Shown here in pieces: positions 1 to 7,695 of a stretch of DNA of 36,849 bases; within the stretch, counting starts at the first letter, position 1; each line of letters starts with the position of its first letter. The translations under genes were made by a program, and so were the position numbers. Below the pieces are notes generated by a model that searched no databases, was not told where the DNA came from, and worked only from the letters and a program-made list of their open reading frames with translations. This DNA is from a virus (taxonomy: Duplodnaviria > Heunggongvirae > Uroviricota > Caudoviricetes), in the IMG/VR virus record IMGVR_UViG_3300028912_000018. One strand, written 5' to 3'.

Positions 1-438
1 ATGCTATGGAAGAACGTCGATTTTGAAAACAGGATTATCACCATCGACGCCAGTGTGATGAAGGGACGCAAAATTCATGTGGTCCCGATGTCAGACCAGG
101 TGGTTGAACTTCTCACTACGCTAAGCTCCATCACCAAACCAGTATCAGAGTTTGTTTTTGCCGGGCGCAACGATAAGAAGAAGCCAATCTGCGAGAACGC
201 GGTTCTACTTGTGATCAAACAAATCGGCTATGAGGGTCTGGAAAGCGGTCACGGATTCAGGCATGAATTCAGCACGATTATGAACGAGCACGAATGGCCT
301 GCTGACGCTATTGAAGTGCAACTGGCACATGCCAACGGCGGATCTGTGCGCGGTATTTACAACCATGCTCAGTATCTCGATAAGCGCAGAGAAATGATGC
401 AGTGGTGGGCGGATTGGCTTGATGAGAAGGTAGAGTGA
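1..438 (+). CDS. int: tyrosine integrase, C-terminal fragment (5' end lies outside window)
   Basis: ORF open to window edge; HGFRHEF (H-x-x-R) and RGIYNHAQY catalytic-Tyr region typical of lambda-type tyrosine recombinases. Confidence 0.8.
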   Translation: MLWKNVDFENRIITIDASVMKGRKIHVVPMSDQVVELLTTLSSITKPVSEFVFAGRNDKKKPICENAVLLVIKQIGYEGLESGHGFRHEFSTIMNEHEWPADAIEVQLAHANGGSVRGIYNHAQYLDKRREMMQWWADWLDEKVE

Positions 439-589
439 TCCGCCTTAACAACTATCGAAGAGCACAAAGCCTTGTGTGTCTCATAGGCTATGAAACAATC
501 ATTTTACATGGTTACTTCACTACTTCCGCACAATATGATATCGTTCACAATCTAAAAACATTAATAATTTATCCATTACCGCGGTTAAT

Positions 590-615
590 GCCCGTCGCTT
601 CCAACGGGCTTTTTT
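590..615 (+). terminator. intrinsic terminator downstream of int
   Basis: GCCCGT-loop-ACGGGC hairpin followed by TTTTTT. Confidence 0.5.
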
Positions 616-677
616 GTAAATTATATTTTTATTACCTTATATTAATATTGGTAATATGTCTGCATGATGTTTTATAT

Positions 678-1412
678 TTATTGCGTGAGCTTCGCATGAT
701 AGCTGGAGCATCTCTTGTCATCACTAATTAGCTCCGCTTTATCCGTTCTTGCCCATATTATATTTCTTTTTATTATTTTTGCTGGATTACCGGCTGCTGC
801 ACACATAGATGGCACATCTTTAGTTACAATACTCCCATACCCAATGACAGATCCGCTTCCAACAGATACCCCTTTCATTATAGAGACATTTCTCCCTACC
901 CATACGTAACTAGATATAATGATATCTTTTGCCCAATTAATCCTTTTTTTGCTATGAATATCAAATATAGGATGCCCATCTGATGCACGCAAAATAACAT
1001 CTCTTGCTATCATGCAGTCATGGCCAATTGTAACATTGCACTTATCAGTGACGACTTCAAAACCTGCACCTATTGTCGTTCTTCTACCGATAATAACTTT
1101 TGAACCTTTTGTTGCGACAATATCACCTTTAATCTTACTGTTTTTATGTATTCTTACGTAATTATTATCACCCCTAAATATTACGGTAAGCCATCGACAC
1201 TCAACATCATCTTCTATAATAAGTTTGTTATTGTTTCCATTGAACTGAACTTTATTCTCTTTGCTATTTACAAGATCTCCACATACAAAAATATTACCTG
1301 ATCCATTATCATCAACGGAAAACGAGTCTTGAGTCTTGAGTCTTGAGTCTTGAGTCTTGAGTCTTGAGTCTTGAGTCTTGAGTCTTGAGTCTTGAGTCTT
1401 GAGTCTTGACAT
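678..1412 (-). CDS. neuO: phase-variable hexapeptide-repeat O-acetyltransferase, NeuO-like (polysialic acid O-acetyltransferase)
   Basis: 244-aa ORF; N-terminus MSRLKTQD(SRLKTQD)x3 encoded by the heptanucleotide tract; left-handed beta-helix hexapeptide repeats (IGRRTTIGAGFEV, VTIGHDCMIARDVIL, VWVGRNVSIMKGVSVGSGSVIGYGSIV); sits between tailspike and att/int. Confidence 0.75.
   Translation of the reverse strand: MSRLKTQDSRLKTQDSRLKTQDSRLKTQDSFSVDDNGSGNIFVCGDLVNSKENKVQFNGNNNKLIIEDDVECRWLTVIFRGDNNYVRIHKNSKIKGDIVATKGSKVIIGRRTTIGAGFEVVTDKCNVTIGHDCMIARDVILRASDGHPIFDIHSKKRINWAKDIIISSYVWVGRNVSIMKGVSVGSGSVIGYGSIVTKDVPSMCAAAGNPAKIIKRNIIWARTDKAELISDDKRCSSYHAKLTQ
1324..1407. repeat. simple sequence repeat: 12 tandem copies of GAGTCTT (AAGACTC on the coding strand)
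   Basis: counted directly; 84 nt, in frame, starts 3 nt after the neuO-like start codon. Confidence 0.95.
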
Positions 1413-1428
1413 ATTAGTATCCTACGTT

Positions 1429-1457
1429 ATTTTACCACTAGTTACTTTTCTTGTCAT
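1429..1457 (-). promoter_or_regulatory. putative promoter of the neuO-like gene
   Basis: minus strand -35 ATGACA, 17-nt spacer, -10 TAAAAT; AGGA Shine-Dalgarno 7 nt before ATG. Confidence 0.35.
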
Positions 1458-1565
1458 TAAAAAGCATTTAAATTTTTATATTTAATTTCGTTGACGTCAA
1501 TGTTTTTTGCCAATGTACTTACTTCTTTATGTGAGCAGTTCATATTTTTGACGCCAACGAAACAT

Positions 1566-4500
1566 TTAGTGCTTCCCTTCTATTAAGTCTAACCTAGCTT
1601 TTATTCTTTCTATTTCTCTGCGCTGCCATGCCGCCTCGATATAGAATAAGAGATCAGGTCTGACCCCCCATCTAGATCCTGCTGGCGTTATTTCAACGCG
1701 CTCAATGATGTCTTCCATTACCATCACTGGATTATCATCCTCATCAACAATGATGCTCCCGTCATTATCAGTCAGCGGCATTTCCCTTTGGCCAGTAATG
1801 ACGTCATCATATACTGCGGGATAATCGTCATAGCAAAGAAAGGCATAGCGGCATGTTGTGCTTTCTTCTTCCATGAGTCCGTGAGAAATAAGAACATCAC
1901 GAAGTTGCTGCGCGATTACACCATGATGTATCCTCGCTCCTTCTTCCCCCTTTATAGCGACAGCGTTCAGCCATTTATAAGCGATATACCTGACGTCACC
2001 CCAGGCATCCAGCAATGCTTCGTCAGGAGAGACCGGCTCTGTCTTTAATGTTCCGTCACTGGTAACCACAGGATTGGAGCCAAGATAAACTGTCGAGAAC
2101 CTGTTTCCCGGACCACCAAGAGCATTTACATTATCAAGATAAGGTTTAACATCTCCGTTCTCAAAAAGATGTTCGAGTGCGTTATATACCGCGCGACGTG
2201 GAGTACTGCTTCCGGAACCATGCAACGTTATCATTGCACCATCTGCTGAAGACGTTGTTTCACCTCCGCTAACGATTAATCTCTGAGCGGTAACATCATC
2301 AGACGGTACTTTCTTCGCAATAATGGCGTAATTACCCTCAAGTTTGACTTCCGCGCGAACTTGTCCTGATGTACCTGCATGGACAGTCAGTGACTGGACG
2401 GCAACATCATCTGTGAAATCAACGGGTACAGGAACCGTCCTCACGCCTGACGTCGACATAAAAGTAGGAAGCGTTCTGTTAGGAGTGGCTCCGTAGACAA
2501 AATCCCTTGAAACAAATTCTTCCTGTTTAATTTTCACCCTGAAACAATACAAATCAGCCGGGTGACCATCGTGAACATAAGGATATTTTCTGTTGTTATC
2601 CCCTATGCTCCATGGGTTTAGAAAGTCTTCCCCACCGAAAATGTAGTACAGCCAGTTGTCTTTGATACAAACTGAACCAACACCAACCGCAGAGTTAACT
2701 ATTCCGCCCTGATAAATCTGATCAGTAACATTAACCCACTCTACATTATCCAGACTCCACTCATTGACGTTAACTCTGGTCATAAATGTTCTTGGATAAT
2801 TTCCTGCATAACGGTTATCAGGTTCTCCTCCTTCCCACTCACCAAATGCGCGCTCACTGCCAAAAATAATCAGCTCATCGCCAACTTTGGCAAAAGGAAG
2901 GTTTGAGTGATGAACATTATTTGGGAAGCGAAGAGAATTCCATGATGTACCTAAATCAGAGCTTCTGTGCAATGAACTACCGGGTTGAGTACTTAATGTC
3001 CCCCTGGTCGTCAGATACAGAATGCCATCATAATATTTTACACATGGCTCAGATGCATTCGCCTCATATTCTGCAGGTATGCGTCTGCGAACAAAGCTAC
3101 CAGGAGAACCGAAAGCATCAGAGAAATAGAGTATCCCAAGCTCGCGTGGACCAATATCACCATTATGGTAGCCAACAGCAAAACTGTTATCGCTAATCGT
3201 CGCAAAACTGTGAATCTCAGTAACAGGAGTGCTTCCGTCAACAAAAGAAGGAATAGTTCCAAGACTGGTTTTTCTCCATGGTGACGAGTGAAATGATGTA
3301 CCAAAACTCCAGTATCTACCCTCGTTATTCTGATCCACATCCTGGGTATTTTGCGTCGTAACTGTAAAAGTATTTTTATCAATAACAGTAGTCACCGTCA
3401 TATTCCCGGTAACACCTGTAACACCAGAGTTTGAGAAGTTGACAAAATCACCAGCAAATAATCCGTGATCAGTAATGCGAATATAAGCGACTTGCTGATT
3501 TGCTGCTTTCGTTATACCACCATAAACGCGAAGGCTGCGACTCATTGGGCGATCCCACAACTCTGCAACCTGCAGTTTATTTCCTCTCACGGTCCGCGTC
3601 TCAATTACAGCAAAAAGGCGATTTCTGACAACCCCCATACTCATGCAGTGATAGTTAACTGTGGGATAGTTTTCATGTAAATCTGTAAGCCATTCCGGCG
3701 TTGTCCAGGTCTTCCCGTCATCTCCTGAGCGAACCCATGCAACATGGAGGTTATTTACACCATGGCGGTCTCCAGCCATAAAAGGCGCATAGATGACATT
3801 GTCATATACAAACGTTTTATCCTGCGTCCAGGCGTTGTACCACGGTGTATCTGTAATTTTAAATAACTCTCCCTGGATAAAATCTTCAGAAGCATAAAAA
3901 AGAGGCTGGCCCGGTATTCTCTCAAATAAAAAACGAGCATTTTTAAATCGACTGACATCCGGAAGAGTTGATACTTTAAAAGTAAGCCCTAATCCGTCAA
4001 TTTTATAACCTGGAGATGAGGCTTCAAGGCACGCGCTTATTGCAGTGGAATCGTCATTTATACCATCACCAACAGCTCCAAAATCTTTGGGGCTAATAGC
4101 ATCACGCATTTTATCCTGGAACGTTCGGTACACAGCCCCAGAACCATACTGAATAAACCAACCAAAACCACCAACAACCCCGGCGATTGCAGCATCGACA
4201 TAATTACGCATTGAGCGATTATTTACAGCGTCCTGCTCAAATGATGGATCTGCAAGGTTAGAAATTTTGTTTTGCTTTGCATCGTAATATTTTGCAAGCA
4301 AAGATGGTTTCATCAATGCACGTCTGAACCACCCAAAACATTGCTGGATCAGCATCGTCAGGTAGTCAAAGGCATCTTCATGCACTTCGGGGAAAAATTT
4401 TCCCTGATTGCGAAGGTCTGTGTCCTGCACTACATCAAGCACACGATCTATCGTAATTCGCCATCCAGTAGCAAGCGGAGACGGAAGAACCACAGAACCG

Positions 4501-4688
4501 CCACTATAAGTGCCCGCCCCAGTTACCGTATAACCGGTATCCAGGACCAATTCTGTTACGTTCCCGTTCAGGTCAGACACCTGAACAACCAGGTCTGATT
4601 TTCTGAAAATTCGAAAAGTATACGGAAACGATGTCGTAACGCCGTTACCGGTGTATTCGTTGTGGTCAACTTCGGTTGAGACCGTCAT
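1566..4688 (-). CDS. tailspike, endosialidase-type with C-terminal intramolecular chaperone (peptidase S74-like) domain
   Basis: 1040 aa; two sialidase Asp-box motifs (SGDDGKTW, SSDLGTSW); C-terminal segment with SDGTLK serine-lysine motif and conserved chaperone-domain tail; GGAG SD 7 nt before ATG. Confidence 0.7.
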   Translation of the reverse strand: MTVSTEVDHNEYTGNGVTTSFPYTFRIFRKSDLVVQVSDLNGNVTELVLDTGYTVTGAGTYSGGSVVLPSPLATGWRITIDRVLDVVQDTDLRNQGKFFPEVHEDAFDYLTMLIQQCFGWFRRALMKPSLLAKYYDAKQNKISNLADPSFEQDAVNNRSMRNYVDAAIAGVVGGFGWFIQYGSGAVYRTFQDKMRDAISPKDFGAVGDGINDDSTAISACLEASSPGYKIDGLGLTFKVSTLPDVSRFKNARFLFERIPGQPLFYASEDFIQGELFKITDTPWYNAWTQDKTFVYDNVIYAPFMAGDRHGVNNLHVAWVRSGDDGKTWTTPEWLTDLHENYPTVNYHCMSMGVVRNRLFAVIETRTVRGNKLQVAELWDRPMSRSLRVYGGITKAANQQVAYIRITDHGLFAGDFVNFSNSGVTGVTGNMTVTTVIDKNTFTVTTQNTQDVDQNNEGRYWSFGTSFHSSPWRKTSLGTIPSFVDGSTPVTEIHSFATISDNSFAVGYHNGDIGPRELGILYFSDAFGSPGSFVRRRIPAEYEANASEPCVKYYDGILYLTTRGTLSTQPGSSLHRSSDLGTSWNSLRFPNNVHHSNLPFAKVGDELIIFGSERAFGEWEGGEPDNRYAGNYPRTFMTRVNVNEWSLDNVEWVNVTDQIYQGGIVNSAVGVGSVCIKDNWLYYIFGGEDFLNPWSIGDNNRKYPYVHDGHPADLYCFRVKIKQEEFVSRDFVYGATPNRTLPTFMSTSGVRTVPVPVDFTDDVAVQSLTVHAGTSGQVRAEVKLEGNYAIIAKKVPSDDVTAQRLIVSGGETTSSADGAMITLHGSGSSTPRRAVYNALEHLFENGDVKPYLDNVNALGGPGNRFSTVYLGSNPVVTSDGTLKTEPVSPDEALLDAWGDVRYIAYKWLNAVAIKGEEGARIHHGVIAQQLRDVLISHGLMEEESTTCRYAFLCYDDYPAVYDDVITGQREMPLTDNDGSIIVDEDDNPVMVMEDIIERVEITPAGSRWGVRPDLLFYIEAAWQRREIERIKARLDLIEGKH

Positions 4689-4791
4689 GTTAAATCTCCA
4701 GATAGTCGCAGCACCCGTTGCGCCGCATATCTGGTTATTCTATTACCTGAAAAACCATATATGGATAAAAAGACTATAAATACCAATAGAT

Positions 4792-4808
4792 ATTACCTTT
4801 CGGGTAAT
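4792..4808. promoter_or_regulatory. operator-like 17-bp palindrome ATTACC-TTTCG-GGTAAT
   Basis: perfect inverted repeat; member of a dispersed motif family. Confidence 0.55.
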
Positions 4809-4844
4809 TTGCAAAACGTGCTGGATAGCAAACAAATTATTTGT

Positions 4845-4864
4845 TACTGTATAAACATACAGTT
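4845..4864. promoter_or_regulatory. LexA (SOS) box TACTGTATAAACATACAGTT
   Basis: CTGT-N8-ACAG with AT-rich spacer; 20 nt upstream of the 4884 start codon. Confidence 0.7.
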
Positions 4865-4883
4865 ATTGCATGGAGAAGATAAG

Positions 4884-5141
4884 ATGCAGCAGTATCACTA
4901 TCCACTGGAAGACGGATTTACCGAAAGGATTCACACGCCGGGAGGCGTCAGGTCACTGGTGGAGGGATCGCACTTGATGAAATTACTCCGGGATCTCGAT
5001 AAGGATGGATTTAATGTCGATGGCCCACTTGCCGAACTGACTGCACTGATTAACTACGTCACCAGCTCACAGATGTCTATGCAGGATCTGCAAACACATC
5101 TCGACTATTGTGCCGAACAATTACGAAAACAAACCAGATAA
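4884..5141 (+). CDS. small antirepressor-like protein (stand-alone paralog of the Ant C-terminal domain)
   Basis: 85 aa; GGAG SD 8 nt upstream; roughly 40-45% identity by eye to the C-terminal 75 aa of the 5459-6115 product. Confidence 0.6.
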   Translation: MQQYHYPLEDGFTERIHTPGGVRSLVEGSHLMKLLRDLDKDGFNVDGPLAELTALINYVTSSQMSMQDLQTHLDYCAEQLRKQTR

Positions 5142-5144
5142 GGT

Positions 5145-5188
5145 TTGCAATTACCAAATGGAGTGCTTATATTTACCTTTGCGGTAAA
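5145..5188 (+). promoter_or_regulatory. sigma70-like promoter overlapping operator TTTACC-TTTGC-GGTAAA
   Basis: -35 TTGCAA (5145-5150), 17-nt spacer, -10 TATATT (5168-5173); operator 5172-5188. Confidence 0.5.
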
Positions 5189-5300
5189 TTTACATCGCAC
5201 TCCTCTTGTGCCATAGTAATCGGGCACTGGCAAAATCCAGTGCCGGGATTGGTCTCCCGGATTACTAAGTGGCGCATACCACGCCAGACGTGGTTTTTTT
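5189..5300 (+). ncRNA. candidate small structured RNA or attenuated leader upstream of ant
   Basis: no credible ORF; 8-bp stem hairpin (5223-5244), second hairpin with loop TTGGTC, intrinsic terminator CCACG-loop-CGTGG plus T7 at 5279-5300. Confidence 0.3.
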
Positions 5301-5458
5301 ATGCGTATAGCACAGTCATGCCAGAATTATGGTGGGCTGAATGGGGGTCCGAAAGGACGCCGGTACCACTTAGGCCGGTAAGACCAACTCCGTTCAGTTC
5401 ACCACCATCTGATTGGTCTCAGCGGTGGTGATGTAATTCGCTAAGTGGAGACGCCATC

Positions 5459-6115
5459 ATGAACGCTCAACTCATCCCCGTATTCAACGGCACTATATCT
5501 AACGAAACAGCCCTACTTTGTAATGCCCGCGATCTGCACGCTTTTTTAGGTGTTAAAAAGGTGTTTGCAGCATGGATTACAAATCGCATATCAGAATACG
5601 AATTCATTGAAAATCAAGACTATATTTTGCTTTCCAATTTGGGAAAGCAAACATCTGGTAGAGGCGGCCACAACCGCAAAGAGTACCACCTCACCCTTGA
5701 TACAGCCAAAGAGCTGGCGATGGTCGAGCGTAACGAAAAAGGTCGCCAGGTGCGACGCTACTTCATTGAATGCGAGAAACGTTTAAGACAACAAGAAACA
5801 AAAGTGGAGAAGGTCTTGTCAGGCTTCATGCCCGCCATTATGGAGGCGATCAAGCTGGAAGACAAAAAAGAATACAGCGCCCCACTGAAGCCCGGCTACC
5901 GTAGCCTGATTCATTCGCCGTCTGGTGTTCTCGGCCTGACGGAGAACTCACTGCTGATGAATCTGCTGAACAAGTTACAGGAAGACGGGCACGATGTATC
6001 GGGCGCGGCAGCGGAGCTGACCACCATGTTCTGCTACATCGTCGGTGTGAGCAAATGCCTGCGTGATATCCAGACGCACGCGGAGTACATCAACGACAAG
6101 GCAGGGTTCTTCTGA
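5459..6115 (+). CDS. ant: antirepressor (AntA-type N-terminal domain plus C-terminal domain)
   Basis: 218 aa; N-terminal [35 protein letters not shown] resembles the AntA antirepressor domain; GGAG SD. Confidence 0.7.
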   Translation: MNAQLIPVFNGTISNETALLCNARDLHAFLGVKKVFAAWITNRISEYEFIENQDYILLSNLGKQTSGRGGHNRKEYHLTLDTAKELAMVERNEKGRQVRRYFIECEKRLRQQETKVEKVLSGFMPAIMEAIKLEDKKEYSAPLKPGYRSLIHSPSGVLGLTENSLLMNLLNKLQEDGHDVSGAAAELTTMFCYIVGVSKCLRDIQTHAEYINDKAGFF

Positions 6116-6157
6116 CGGCGGCGGCACAGGGACGTGCCTTTAAATAATTCTGTACAG

Positions 6158-6202
6158 ATTGCAGACTGTGGGTGAATAGCGTACTATTACCTTAAAGGTA
6201 AA
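6158..6202 (+). promoter_or_regulatory. promoter with overlapping operator ATTACC-TTAAA-GGTAAA
   Basis: -35 TTGCAG, 17-nt spacer, -10 TACTAT; operator 6186-6202 abuts the AGGAGG SD. Confidence 0.45.
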
Positions 6203-6213
6203 GGAGGCGCGAT

Positions 6214-6381
6214 ATGACAGCGTTGAAAAATCGTACTCAGCACAATGAACAAGCCAAGCAATGCTGGGATGTCATTGGAAAAGTTATGCTTGGCCGCGCA
6301 AGCAAAGAGCGCGACAAGGATATGGTTTACCAGACAGGAACATCTTTCAGCGACTTCAAGGCGGCATTTCGCTCCAAATAG
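6214..6381 (+). CDS. small hypothetical protein (55 aa)
   Basis: ATG with AGGAGG SD; below the ORF-track size cutoff; translated by hand. Confidence 0.4.
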   Translation: MTALKNRTQHNEQAKQCWDVIGKVMLGRASKERDKDMVYQTGTSFSDFKAAFRSK

Positions 6382-6401
6382 AAGCACATCAGGAGTTTTC
6401 C

Positions 6402-6842
6402 TTGAAGTTTAACATTAGAATATCTAATAGTTTTCTACATGGGGAAAGCAACACCCCTTTCGCTGTAGACGGACCTTTCCTTACTGATGATGAAATAAAA
6501 ATCATACAAAGTTTTTTAGAGGATGTTGCCAATGGAAGGGCGCTTGTTGGAAAAAACAAGCCCTCGTGGGTTGATGATAACCATGATAAAATTCCCGGCT
6601 CAGACAATTATGAGCAAGAGAATTATTGGCATTATCATTGTGGGCCAACATGGTATCCAAACACATTTAAGAATTATACCATTAACTTAAATTTCAACCC
6701 TGGCGGAAGGCATTCTAATGAATGCATTCATTATGCAAAAAATGATAATGAAATTGTCATTGTTGGATTTTCAAGAGAACACATACCTTTCCTTTCATCA
6801 GATGGAAACAACAATCCGCTTTTTAATGATGAAGAAGAATAG
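6402..6842 (+). CDS. hypothetical protein, AT-rich moron gene (TTG start assumed)
   Basis: no in-frame ATG after the upstream stop; TTG 6 nt after AGGAG; AT-rich codons; terminator follows. Confidence 0.45.
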   Translation: MKFNIRISNSFLHGESNTPFAVDGPFLTDDEIKIIQSFLEDVANGRALVGKNKPSWVDDNHDKIPGSDNYEQENYWHYHCGPTWYPNTFKNYTINLNFNPGGRHSNECIHYAKNDNEIVIVGFSREHIPFLSSDGNNNPLFNDEEE

Positions 6843-6862
6843 CCCGCGCTGCGGGCTTTTTT
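6842..6862 (+). terminator. intrinsic terminator
   Basis: GCCCGC-GCT-GCGGGC then TTTTTT. Confidence 0.7.
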
Positions 6863-6934
6863 GTGGACGAAACAAAAGTCAGTGCTACACTCATTGACGC
6901 CACATTGAGGTGGCTTATAGATGGAAATTTCACA

Positions 6935-7096
6935 ATGAAAAAAGCATTTGCTGCACTGTTCGTTTTGTTGTCTCTGGTAGCGTCAACTCAGGCCTTTGCC
7001 GGTCGTTGTCAGCACGACAGCGACACTGCTGCTGACGGCTCACGCTGCGGTGGGCGTTCTGCGGATTCCCGCCCGGGCGGCGGTGGCATTCGTTAA
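6935..7096 (+). CDS. small secreted peptide (53 aa precursor)
   Basis: signal peptide MKKAFAALFVLLSLVASTQAFA with AXA site; about 31-aa Gly/Ser/Arg-rich mature part with 2 Cys. Confidence 0.4.
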   Translation: MKKAFAALFVLLSLVASTQAFAGRCQHDSDTAADGSRCGGRSADSRPGGGGIR

Positions 7097-7119
7097 AAAC
7101 AAGGCCGCGAAAGCGGCCT
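7095..7119 (-). terminator. intrinsic terminator ending the minus-strand virion operon
   Basis: AGGCCGC-TTTC-GCGGCCT hairpin followed on the minus strand by TGTTTTT. Confidence 0.6.
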
Positions 7120-7131
7120 GTGACATGTCAC
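7120..7131. repeat. 12-bp perfect palindrome GTGACATGTCAC (copy 1 of 3)
   Basis: exact match to copies at 24829 and 27280. Confidence 0.9.
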
Positions 7132-7132
7132 G

Positions 7133-7693
7133 CTACATTGATATATGATTCATAAAGTAGCTTAAAGATTTACTTCCCAGAAAAGAAATTTCTTTTCCTG
7201 GATATGTCGCAATAATTGAGCATGACTTATCCCCGTTAGAGGTAACAAATCCTGAATAACCTACTTGTTCTTTACCATTTTGTTGCTTGGCTAAAAAGTA
7301 GAGGTAGCTTATCTTTTTGCCCTCTGGGTAAAACTCTGCCAAACCAGTATCGGTGATTGAATATTTTATTCTCCCGCCTTGAGTAACGTTTTCCATCTCA
7401 AGTTTAGCTATGTCTTTTCTGTTGTATTCAGCATTGATTTTCCTTTCGAAATCAATGTTGTTTTCAAATGAGTAGGAAGCAACAGTCTGAATAGATGGGA
7501 ACACGTTTATCTGGATGCCCCCACAGTCGGCACAGGTATAAAGGTATGAATCAGATGGAATCCCCATAAAAGAAAACTGAGTTACCTTAAATTTATCGCT
7601 ATCTCCAAAGTATTGAAGTTCGCATTTAACATTTTGCCCTGCAAAAGAAAATGCAGACATCAATATTGAAACAAAAAATATAATTGCCTTCAT
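7133..7693 (-). CDS. secreted/periplasmic hypothetical protein, last gene of the virion operon
   Basis: 186 aa; signal peptide MKAIIFFVSILMSAFSFA; start 2 nt after upstream stop; AT-rich. Confidence 0.55.
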   Translation of the reverse strand: MKAIIFFVSILMSAFSFAGQNVKCELQYFGDSDKFKVTQFSFMGIPSDSYLYTCADCGGIQINVFPSIQTVASYSFENNIDFERKINAEYNRKDIAKLEMENVTQGGRIKYSITDTGLAEFYPEGKKISYLYFLAKQQNGKEQVGYSGFVTSNGDKSCSIIATYPGKEISFLGSKSLSYFMNHISM

Positions 7694-7695
7694 TA

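Noticed and set aside
1324-1407. Heptanucleotide array as a possible CRISPR array
   Set aside because: Units are 7 bp, contiguous with no spacers, and lie in frame inside a coding region; this is a simple-sequence contingency tract.
5108-5431. 107-aa plus-strand ORF spanning the ant upstream region
   Set aside because: Overlaps the end of the 4884-5141 gene, runs through promoter, hairpins and a terminator, Trp/Pro-rich; the region is better explained as non-coding RNA or leader.
6261-6401. ATG at 6261 as start of the 6261-6842 ORF
   Set aside because: Would overlap the SD-driven small ORF 6214-6381 by 120 nt in another frame and the segment is Arg-rich; TTG 6402 after AGGAG is favoured, though unproven.
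6863-6934. GTG 6863 as start of the secreted-peptide ORF
   Set aside because: It lies inside the T-run of the upstream terminator and would place 24 residues before the signal peptide; ATG 6935 fits an exported precursor.
7119-7132. TGTGACATGTCACA as a CRP binding site
   Set aside because: CRP consensus is TGTGA-N6-TCACA; here the half-sites are separated by 4 nt.
7133-7693. Periplasmic protein as a SAR-type endolysin
   Set aside because: Signal peptide is not Gly/Ala-rich and no lysozyme-like E...D...T catalytic spacing was convincing.
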